Source: an uncultured bacterium
GTDB lineage: Bacteria; SAR324; NAC60-12
NCBI GenBank assembly: GCA_965662845.1
Contig: CBFIJD010000012.1
Span: 27,183 to 48,392 of the forward strand
Direction of reading: 5' to 3'
DNA: 21,210 bases
Shown: positions 6,961 through 14,770 of the stretch, one piece after another
How positions within the stretch are numbered: position 1 is the stretch's first letter
How the letters are laid out: the number at the start of each line of letters is the position of its first letter
Program-made: the position numbers and the translations under genes
The notes under the pieces: generated by a model
The model's input: only the letters and a program-made list of their open reading frames with translations
What the model was told of the DNA's origin: nothing
The model's database searches: none

Positions 6961-9738
6961 TCACAGCGGGAACTTAGACCAATCAAAGTCTTTCAGTTCA
7001 TCTTGAATGGCGGCTTGCTCGGCTTCGGCGGCGGTTTGCGGGTCTTCGGCATCCGCACCGGGGACAGCCTTGCCCGCTTCGGCTTGTTGTTGTTCAAACT
7101 CGTCAAAGTAGTCGGGTGGGATGTTCAAGATGCCGCGGATGAGGTGCTTCACGCGGAAGGTGTCTTCTAAAGACTCGATGCAGTATTGCCGTGGGAACCC
7201 TTTGGGAGTCAGTGAGTCGTCGCGGGTCTCGATGCCGGCCATGTGCCCGAGCAGGTTCTGCTGATGCTTTTGCAACTTCTTGGTGTAGTTCTCTGACATC
7301 ACCAACAGCACCGGGATGGGGGCGGCGGTGGAGAGGTTGCGGATGTATAGGCACTTCATCAAGTCATCGTAGGTGTAGTGATCGCAGTTGATGACATACA
7401 ACAGAAAATTCTCGCTCTCAAATTCCTTGCGACCGGGCAAATCGGAGAGATAAACCAGGCGCTCAGGGTAGTCACCTTTGGGCAGCGCCGCGCGGATTCC
7501 TGCTTCAGGAAGAGCCCCGCTTTCGGTGACGACGCACACGCGGTTGAACTCCAGCATTTCGTCTAAGGGGAGCTTCCACGCCTCTGGTTGCGTTTCGAGG
7601 AAGAACGCAGACTTGCGGTTTTCTAAGTAGGAGAGCCAGCGGATGCCACAGGCAAAGCTGAGCGTTTTGAGGGTGTTGAGCCGGAACTGCAAGATGGTCG
7701 CGAAGAACTCTTCCTCAGGCGAGAGGTTGGTCGTGTTCTGGCTGGGTTTCTCCTCTTCCTCTCCTGAGAGCATTTGGCGACGAAACTGTGTCGCAGCAGG
7801 CTGACGGGACTGAGAGATCCCCGAGTTAGAAGTCTCTTGCCCGAAGTTGTCGAGCGCGATTTCGCGTTCACGCAGGAAGGTTTTGTCGCTGCGCATGACG
7901 TCGAGGAGCTTCTTCTCTTGGTCTTCCACTTGGTTCATGCGGAAGGTGTGCGCTTTCTTACGTGCCATCGCCTTCGCTAGGGGCGTCAACTCCATCATGG
8001 GGAGCATGTTGGCTAGCGTGTCGCGCACCGCATCTTCTTTCTCTTGTTCTTTCTCGTCTTTCTTCTTGCCGGAGTCGGACAAGATCATTTTCATAATCTG
8101 ATCGTGCGGTGTGGACAAAAACTCGTGGAGGTTTTCTTCGTTGAAGTTGGGCTTGGGGCGCCGGTTTTCTTCGTCAGGAACCATGCACAAGCGGACCTTG
8201 ACGATCAGCTCCTCATGCTCTTCGTCGAGGTTCCAGCCGTTGATGAAGACGACCTCGAACTTCTCAAAGAAGGACGAGTTGTAGATGAAGTGCTTGTAGG
8301 CTTCTTCTGGAGAGACTTGGCCAAGATGCTGGTTTTCGCGCTTGTGACGCAGGAAGACCTGCAAAAACTCCATAGACGTCATGTAGGTCACTTGATGGCG
8401 AGGGAAGCCTTTGCGGACCAAGTGCTCGACGATCGTGTCAGAAAACTCATCGACGATCAGATAGCGGGTGAGGTGGCGCATGATCCCGCCAAAGCTCGTC
8501 AACGCGTGAACTTTGCGGGTGCCGACCAGCAGTACAGACTCCACCAGATTGAAGTAGCCATTAGCGATTTTGCGGAAACGCTCTTCGGTCTGTTGCAGAT
8601 CCTTCGTGATCTCGTAGCGTGTCCGAGCCAACTCTTGGTAGGTCTCATATTTGTCGAAGATCAACTGAAAGTAGTCGCTGTAGCGCTCTTGGCTGAGTTT
8701 CTCTTTGAGCTGCAAGTAGCGATTCTCCAGAGAGTTTTTCATGTCCTCAAAGCGAGCGGGGACATCGGGTAAGCCTTCGGGAAGCTCCACATCGAATCGG
8801 TACACTCTACGTTGGAGGCGCGCGTACTCTTTTGTCTTGCGGTATTCTTCAGGAATTTCGCTACAGACCAAGATGATAAAGTCACACTTTTTGAGTGCGG
8901 TCTGGTTCAACTCTGTGTCACGAATCACCATGAACTTGCTGAACTTGTTGTTGCGCAACGTGCTGATGATTCGTCGGGAATAGACGTCGAACATCTGCTG
9001 ATTGACGACGATCAATAAGCGCATGCTAGTTTGCGCAAATTGAAGCGTCTCAAGGTGTGCCTGCAAGTCTTTGGAGCGAGAGACGTTCTGTAGTTTCTGA
9101 GTTGTGTGGTTTTGTTGCAGGAACGACGTGAGCACATTTGGCGAAGAGAGCTGCTGTGCGATGAAGCGCGTCATCACGCCTTTGTTGCCGATGCCACCTA
9201 ACTCACGGCTGAGGTCGTTCCATTGGAACGAGAGCCGGTCTTTCAAGCGGAAGGGGCTGTGCTTTGTGACTGTTACAATGATTGCGTCAGGGTTGTTGGT
9301 GCGGTAGAGCACCAAGATATTGCGCAGCTTGGTCAGCAACTTCGGGCGCTGTGCCGGGGAGACCCAGTGCGGCAGAGAGAGGCAGACAAAAATTAGGTCG
9401 GCGTAGGGGTAGGGCGCGGGCTGCAAATCAGCCGCGTTCACAAACTTGCTGGGGATGCCTTGCTTGACCCACGGGAAAGAGTCGCTCTCAAGCACCTGTT
9501 GGATCATCTCTTCTTCGCGCTGCAGGGCCTTCTCTAAGGCGTCAATATCCAGACTCCGTGTGCTGAGTCCCCAACTTGATTCGTCGGTTGAGGCGAATTT
9601 GATTTCTACGAAGAGGTAGGAGAAGAGGAACTCTAGACCTGACTGCCCCTGCCGCCAGGCATCTTCTTCCATGCGGTGTAGCGCCGCTTGAATCTCGTCG
9701 TTCTCTTGATTTTCTGGAGTGCTGATGTCGGTGGTCAT
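6961..9738 (-). CDS. Large hypothetical cytoplasmic protein (925 aa) with several receiver-like alpha/beta segments and coiled/acidic linkers
   Basis: Long open frame with no TM segments. Start placed at ATG 9738 (MTTDIST); the ORF track extends it to 9825. Receiver-like strings are described in the findings. Confidence 0.8.
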   Translation of the reverse strand: MTTDISTPENQENDEIQAALHRMEEDAWRQGQSGLEFLFSYLFVEIKFASTDESSWGLSTRSLDIDALEKALQREEEMIQQVLESDSFPWVKQGIPSKFVNAADLQPAPYPYADLIFVCLSLPHWVSPAQRPKLLTKLRNILVLYRTNNPDAIIVTVTKHSPFRLKDRLSFQWNDLSRELGGIGNKGVMTRFIAQQLSSPNVLTSFLQQNHTTQKLQNVSRSKDLQAHLETLQFAQTSMRLLIVVNQQMFDVYSRRIISTLRNNKFSKFMVIRDTELNQTALKKCDFIILVCSEIPEEYRKTKEYARLQRRVYRFDVELPEGLPDVPARFEDMKNSLENRYLQLKEKLSQERYSDYFQLIFDKYETYQELARTRYEITKDLQQTEERFRKIANGYFNLVESVLLVGTRKVHALTSFGGIMRHLTRYLIVDEFSDTIVEHLVRKGFPRHQVTYMTSMEFLQVFLRHKRENQHLGQVSPEEAYKHFIYNSSFFEKFEVVFINGWNLDEEHEELIVKVRLCMVPDEENRRPKPNFNEENLHEFLSTPHDQIMKMILSDSGKKKDEKEQEKEDAVRDTLANMLPMMELTPLAKAMARKKAHTFRMNQVEDQEKKLLDVMRSDKTFLREREIALDNFGQETSNSGISQSRQPAATQFRRQMLSGEEEEKPSQNTTNLSPEEEFFATILQFRLNTLKTLSFACGIRWLSYLENRKSAFFLETQPEAWKLPLDEMLEFNRVCVVTESGALPEAGIRAALPKGDYPERLVYLSDLPGRKEFESENFLLYVINCDHYTYDDLMKCLYIRNLSTAAPIPVLLVMSENYTKKLQKHQQNLLGHMAGIETRDDSLTPKGFPRQYCIESLEDTFRVKHLIRGILNIPPDYFDEFEQQQAEAGKAVPGADAEDPQTAAEAEQAAIQDELKDFDWSKFPL

Positions 9739-9990
9739 GGGCAATGCGTAGGAAGAGTTCCGTGCGAGCGGACGGTTTGTAGGAAAAATGACAAATGCGG
9801 GCGAAGCTAGCACAGCCGCTAGCAAATATCCAAGTGCTTTCCTGCAGCACTACAACGCCAAGGCTAGGCGGGAGTACACAATTTGTACCAATCTATGAGC
9901 GGCTCAACGCCAGAGACTGGCGCGGGAATTGAATCGAATTTTCTAGGCTACAAGCCCCAATTTTTCACAGTCAACGCAAATCGGATGCCT

Positions 9991-10614
9991 ATGCAAATCA
10001 ATCAGCCGCAAGTCAACGCAACCAATGACCCCAAAGCCAACCGCTCGACTACGTCTGAGGCCGCTCTCGCTGCGCAAGGATCCGCTCCGGCACAAACTGC
10101 GGAGAAGCCCGAAGCGCTGTCATCCGCGCAGCTAGAGAACATGTCAACGTACATGAAAGTTGTTTCCCGTTTGGAAAATCTTCACGCCCGAGAAGAGCTT
10201 CCCGAGGTCGCGGTGGAAGGCTTTGTGAAGGGCTTGAACAAGCGCGTCTCACAGATGAACGATCACGAGAAGGCGTTGCTCCTGCGAGTTCCCGCCGCCC
10301 AGCAAATGGGAGCTTCTAGCGCGGATGAGCTGGTGGAGCGAATCGAGGAAGACCTCGCAAATCCGAAAACGGCAGTAGACACCTTCAAACTGTTGCGAAA
10401 TCAAGAGTTCGCGAATTTGATGGATCCGTCTAAGCAAAAGAGCGTCTATCATCCGCAGCAGATGCCACAGCGTCCGGTTGCTCCAACGCAACCTGCCCCA
10501 GAGTCCGCTGCTCCAGCGAGCGCTCAACCTGCCCCGAACGCAGGCGTCGCAATCACAGAGCCCGCCGCCGCTCCAGCGAGCGCTCAACCTGCCCCAGAGG
10601 CTCCCGCTGTTTAA
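9991..10614 (+). CDS. Hypothetical protein with helical core and Pro/Ala/Gln-rich repeated tail
   Basis: Open frame; likely start ATG 9991 (MQINQPQ) or 9985. Its stop overlaps the stop of the convergent gene in TTAA at 10611-10614. Confidence 0.7.
   Translation: MQINQPQVNATNDPKANRSTTSEAALAAQGSAPAQTAEKPEALSSAQLENMSTYMKVVSRLENLHAREELPEVAVEGFVKGLNKRVSQMNDHEKALLLRVPAAQQMGASSADELVERIEEDLANPKTAVDTFKLLRNQEFANLMDPSKQKSVYHPQQMPQRPVAPTQPAPESAAPASAQPAPNAGVAITEPAAAPASAQPAPEAPAV
10510..10595 (+). repeat. 26-bp perfect direct repeat with 60-bp period, encoding APASAQPAP twice
   Basis: gctccagcgagcgctcaacctgcccc at 10510-10535 and 10570-10595; a partial third copy (gctccaacgcaacctgcccc) starts near 10480. 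Confidence 0.9.
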
Positions 10615-11579
10615 TCCTCAGGTGTCCAGCGCATCTCATCGGTGAGGTCACGCTGGGCATATTTCTTCAGCCCCAACTCTGCAAATTGGCGCAGCTCTGC
10701 GTCCCCCTTCAGGTCTCCCGTCGTCCGAAACTTACTGTACTCTCCTGTGAGGTGATTCTCAGGCCAGCGGCTGAGTTGCTTCGCTTGTTCGCCACACTTC
10801 AATTGCTTTGCGGTTCGCCACGCGACCCAGTGCGACCATCCGCGCGCAATCCGCTGAAACGCTTTGTGTCCCAATAAATGGGGTAGTTGGTAACGCTGAC
10901 AAATGTCATACGCGACGAGCTGTCCGGCGAGGTGTGGCATGAGCAGGGACGGTGACATGCGAGGCAAGAGATAGATGGCGCCCTTCAGATAGAAGGCTGG
11001 GTAGGCGTAGTGCAGATACTCATCGAGAAAGGTGATGCGAAATTGCGGGCGGCTGCCGTCCATTTGCATTCCGAGGAGCACACGCCAATCAACCCAGCGC
11101 AGGGGCGGAAGCTCGGGGACGTTGTGTCCAAAACCGGCCACAAATTGCTGTAGCGGCTGTGCTAGAGAGACGAGGTCACTCTTTGGTGTGAGAGCGTGCT
11201 CTGCGCAGAACTCGCACACGTTTCCGAGTCCCATGACGCGCTCTTTGCGGTTTGGAAAGCGGCAGAGGAAACAGCGCGGCGCCTTCTTGAAACAAGGCTT
11301 GCAGACCCGCACGCCGTAATCTTCAAAGTAGGGATCGTACTCGGCCATCGGCTTTTGGCAGAGGTAGCAATGGACGACATCTTCAGGGGTTTCATGCTCT
11401 GCGCAAAACTCGCAGAGCTGCCCTTTGGTTGGGTGCGCAGTGAGCTGATGCGAGGGAAAGCGACATTGCTGACAACGCGGAGCGCTCGTGAAGCAGCGCA
11501 GGCAGACTTGCACGCCGTGGTCTTCATAAACAGACTGCCCGGCAGGGAGCTTTTCTTCGCACAGATAACAGCGCGCCAT
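10611..11579 (-). CDS. DA1-like protein: duplicated LIM-like Zn-finger repeat plus degenerate metallopeptidase-like domain
   Basis: Eight CxxC pairs in two ~58-aa repeats (aa 4-62 and 71-128). The C-terminal part follows the DA1 peptidase-domain pattern but has no HExxH. Confidence 0.7.
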   Translation of the reverse strand: MARCYLCEEKLPAGQSVYEDHGVQVCLRCFTSAPRCQQCRFPSHQLTAHPTKGQLCEFCAEHETPEDVVHCYLCQKPMAEYDPYFEDYGVRVCKPCFKKAPRCFLCRFPNRKERVMGLGNVCEFCAEHALTPKSDLVSLAQPLQQFVAGFGHNVPELPPLRWVDWRVLLGMQMDGSRPQFRITFLDEYLHYAYPAFYLKGAIYLLPRMSPSLLMPHLAGQLVAYDICQRYQLPHLLGHKAFQRIARGWSHWVAWRTAKQLKCGEQAKQLSRWPENHLTGEYSKFRTTGDLKGDAELRQFAELGLKKYAQRDLTDEMRWTPED

Positions 11580-11581
11580 GG

Positions 11582-12835
11582 TCAGGCCGGAGTAGGCTCA
11601 GGGAGCGGTTCGTCCGAATTCTCGTCGGTCTCGGGTGTCTTTTTGCGTGGTTCGGGATTCGCGAAGTCAAGCAGGAGATAAATGAAGACCAAATCAATCA
11701 AGATGAGCAACAGCAACAGCGCATGGAGATCGAAAGAGTAGAAGACGCCTGCGAGAGAGCCCCCGACAAAGTGCCCGGCGAACTGGGAGAAGTTATAGAC
11801 GCCGCTGGCAGTCCCTTTGGTCTCAGCGCTGGTGAGTCGTGTGACCAAAGATGGGAAGAGCGGCTCAAATACGTTGAAGCCCATGAAGAAGGCGAACAGG
11901 GCCGCGATCAACCAAGGGGTGGCGTCAGTCTCCAAATAAACGAGGAGGAGCAGCACGGAGACCGTAAGCAGCATCGCGCCGCCGAGCATCACCTCTTGGA
12001 AGCGGTTGCGTGTCTCGGCGACGATGGCTGCGAGCACCATGATGCCTCCTCCCGCGAAGAGCATGGGCAGATAAATTTGCCACAGCTCCGATTTGTCCCA
12101 ACCCGAATGGTTGAGCATTAGCGGAATCATGAAGAACGTGGCTGCGAGGCCGGTGCTGCAAACAAAAGCGCCCCAGTCAATGGTGCGCAAGGGCGGGAGC
12201 GAGAGCACTTTTCTGACCATGGCGCGGGAGGATTCCATGGCAGGAGCTTTGATCTCTGTCTCGGGGATGTATTTCCACAAGATGAGCAAGCCACAGACGG
12301 CCAATACTGAGATCACCCCAAAGACCCCGCTCAGCCCCGCCCAGTCGCCCAAGAAAGGCGCCACAAAAAAGGCGCCACCGAACGCCATGCCGATGCTTGC
12401 GCCAATGCCAGCGTTAGCGCGGGTGCGAACTTCAGGGCGGGTCAAATCGGCAATCAAGGCAAAGACCGCGGCGCTAATGGCGCCAGCACCTTGAAGCATG
12501 CGCGCGAGAATCATCACATAAATGTTGTCTGCAATCATGCCCAGCAGACTCCCAGCGATGAAGAGCAAGAGGCCTGTGACGATGACAGGCTTGCGCCCAA
12601 TGCGATCGCTCCAAATCCCAAATGGGATCTGAAAAATGGCTTGTGTCAGCCCATACCCGCCAAAGGCTAATCCAATCAGGGCGGGTGTGGCGTTCTCCAA
12701 GTCTTGGGCAAGCACGCTAAAAATGGGCAAGACGAGGAACAAACCAAACATGCGGAAGAACATGATGCTGCTGAGACCGTAAATGCTGCGGCGCTCAAGC
12801 GGTGTGAAGACAGGGCCTTTGTTGCGTTTGGACAT
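11582..12835 (-). CDS. MFS transporter, YajR-like
   Basis: RMFGLF.VLP, YGLTQA.FQIPFG.WSDRIGRKPVI, LQGAGAISAA.FAL.ADLT, FNVFEP..PSLV; about 12 TM segments. Confidence 0.9.
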   Translation of the reverse strand: MSKRNKGPVFTPLERRSIYGLSSIMFFRMFGLFLVLPIFSVLAQDLENATPALIGLAFGGYGLTQAIFQIPFGIWSDRIGRKPVIVTGLLLFIAGSLLGMIADNIYVMILARMLQGAGAISAAVFALIADLTRPEVRTRANAGIGASIGMAFGGAFFVAPFLGDWAGLSGVFGVISVLAVCGLLILWKYIPETEIKAPAMESSRAMVRKVLSLPPLRTIDWGAFVCSTGLAATFFMIPLMLNHSGWDKSELWQIYLPMLFAGGGIMVLAAIVAETRNRFQEVMLGGAMLLTVSVLLLLVYLETDATPWLIAALFAFFMGFNVFEPLFPSLVTRLTSAETKGTASGVYNFSQFAGHFVGGSLAGVFYSFDLHALLLLLILIDLVFIYLLLDFANPEPRKKTPETDENSDEPLPEPTPA

Positions 12836-12918
12836 GAGGTTTTGCGATGGGCGAGGAGCAAATCAGCGGCAGGAGCCCAGCGGGAGGCCGGGCTCGGGGC
12901 GAAAGCGCGGTTAGAGAG

Positions 12919-13470
12919 TTAGGCTGTGGGCCAGTGATACAAGATCAAATAGACCAACACTCCAGTGACAGAGACATACATCCAGACGGGGAAGGTATAC
13001 CGTGCGAGCTTTTTGTGCGACGTGAAATTTTTGGTCGCCGCAAAATAGAAGGTTGTGAAGATCATCGGGAGCATCACAGCAGACAGCACAATATGCGTGA
13101 TCAGAATGAAGAAGTAGACCGGACGGATCATGCCGGTTCCTTCAAAGGGAGTGTCGCCGTGATAGTGATGGTAGGTGAGATAGCCTACTAAGAAGACCGC
13201 TGAGAGCCCCAGCGCGCTGAGCATGAAGCGCATGTGTTTCTCGCGCTCGCCACGGAGGATGGCTCGGAGACCGAGCACCAAACAAACAACGCATCCAGAG
13301 TTTAGCAGAGCGTTGATCGCGGGCATAAAGGTGAGGTCAATCTCACTGTCAGGCGCTTCTGCGGGGGCTTCCTTGAGATAGAGCAACCAGAGCAGGAACA
13401 GGAAGACCAAGACGCTGATGCCAACGATCGAGCCAACCGCAGTCCGGTTCGAGATGGGCAGCTGTGTCAT
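12919..13470 (-). CDS. DUF420 family membrane protein (YozB/CtaM-like, oxidase assembly)
   Basis: PAINALLN, H.RFMLSA...SAVFLV.YL.YH, YFFIL.THI.LS, HKKLAR.T.PVW.YVSVTGV.VY; ATGA overlap with the ctaA stop. Confidence 0.9.
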   Translation of the reverse strand: MTQLPISNRTAVGSIVGISVLVFLFLLWLLYLKEAPAEAPDSEIDLTFMPAINALLNSGCVVCLVLGLRAILRGEREKHMRFMLSALGLSAVFLVGYLTYHHYHGDTPFEGTGMIRPVYFFILITHIVLSAVMLPMIFTTFYFAATKNFTSHKKLARYTFPVWMYVSVTGVLVYLILYHWPTA

Positions 13471-14480
13471 GCTGGGACTCCTGCGCGGCGAGTTTGCAGG
13501 CTACGCTTTCGCGAGTGCTGCTTCGGTTGGGGTTCCATTTGGAAGGCTGCGACTGTGAGCGCGTATGTCAAGATCCCAACAAGTGTCGCTGCGATGGCGG
13601 TGTGCAGCGCTGAGACAGGGACTGGGATGCGGTAGAGCGCGTTGAGGATGCCCACCGCGACCTCTGTTGGAATCAGCACCATGACGGCTAGCCCCGCGCT
13701 TCGTAGGCCAGGGTCTTGCTGTCTCCAGAGATGCCTCCAAGCCGCAAACATCAAGAAGGATCCTCCGAACACGGCGGCGAAGCGGTGGAACATGTGAATC
13801 CACTCGTTGAAATTCTGAGGCATGAAGCGCCCGACAAAGGAATCAGGCACATTCAAGCTGCCGTCAGGAGCAGGGACGGAGTAAGAAAATTCCGCGCCAG
13901 GGTGACATCCAGGAAAAGCTGAGCACGAGTATCCGGAGTAGGTTGTGCTGTTCTTGCCACCAGAGGCCAAAATCACGAACAAGATGGCGCACATGAGCCC
14001 GACTTTTCGCTGCAAGGGAGACCATGTCCGCAAGCTGGGCCAACGGAAAGAACGCTGCGGTTTGCCTTCGTTAAAGGTGCGCCACGCAAAGTAAACTAAC
14101 ACCGCGAAGGTGAGGTTGCCGCCGATGAGGTGAGTCGTGACGATGACAGGTTCCAGCGACATCGTGACCGTCAACCCTCCAAAAATTCCTTGAACACTAA
14201 CGAGGACTAAACTGAGCACGCTCAGGGTGCGATATTGTCGGTAGCGCTCTGAGCGATAGGCCAAGATCACCATCGCGACAATCAGGATGCCCAAAAACGC
14301 CGCGACGAAGCGGTGGCCGACTTCAAGGGCAATCTCATAGCCGGGCGGTGGGATCAACTGCCCGTAGCATAGCGGCCAATCCGGACAAGCCAGTCCGGCT
14401 CCTTTCAATCGAACAAACGCGCCAAAAGTGATCAGAGGCCAAGTTAAGATGGCTGAACCCAAAGCTAACCAACGCATCAT
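13467..14480 (-). CDS. ctaA: Heme A synthase (COX15/CtaA, Cys-containing type)
   Basis: GLACPDWPLC, EVGHR, TTHL, a second Cys pair CSAFPGC, HMFHR and ALHT give the four conserved His and both Cys loops. Confidence 0.92.
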   Translation of the reverse strand: MMRWLALGSAILTWPLITFGAFVRLKGAGLACPDWPLCYGQLIPPPGYEIALEVGHRFVAAFLGILIVAMVILAYRSERYRQYRTLSVLSLVLVSVQGIFGGLTVTMSLEPVIVTTHLIGGNLTFAVLVYFAWRTFNEGKPQRSFRWPSLRTWSPLQRKVGLMCAILFVILASGGKNSTTYSGYSCSAFPGCHPGAEFSYSVPAPDGSLNVPDSFVGRFMPQNFNEWIHMFHRFAAVFGGSFLMFAAWRHLWRQQDPGLRSAGLAVMVLIPTEVAVGILNALYRIPVPVSALHTAIAATLVGILTYALTVAAFQMEPQPKQHSRKRSLQTRRAGVPA

Positions 14481-14770
14481 AAGGGGGTCTCACGATAAGA
14501 TTTTGTGTGATGGGTTTGTGACAAAGAAAAGAGTTAGGCTAGGAAAAAGATGGACGAATCTCAAGCATTACTTGGAAAGTCCGCTGACTCAGTGGGCTGG
14601 TTTTTTGAGGAAAACTGACAATGAGCACTTGAGCATGTCGTGTTTCCGTCTTACTGTGCAGAGTTTATTTATCAACACTGCGATGGCCGAGAGCGGTGCT
14701 CGTCACAATCATTTGAAATCGCAAAGTTCGCAGGACCTTCACTGCATGTCCTATCAACGAGTTCACCCTC

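Noticed and set aside
10480..10595. Repeat-spacer-repeat pattern (26 bp repeat, 34 bp spacer) as a mini CRISPR array
   Set aside because: Only two full copies, in frame within a Pro/Ala-rich coding tail, with no cas genes or leader.
12873..12908. Short hairpins (GAGCCC/GGGCTC and GC-GAAA-GC) between DUF420 and the MFS gene
   Set aside because: Short stems, no U-tract and no second copy in the window, so they cannot be called a terminator or REP element.
14501..14524. TGTGA-containing repeat upstream of ctaA as a CRP/FNR or Rex site
   Set aside because: The TGTGA copies are direct rather than inverted, so it does not fit those palindromic consensus sites.
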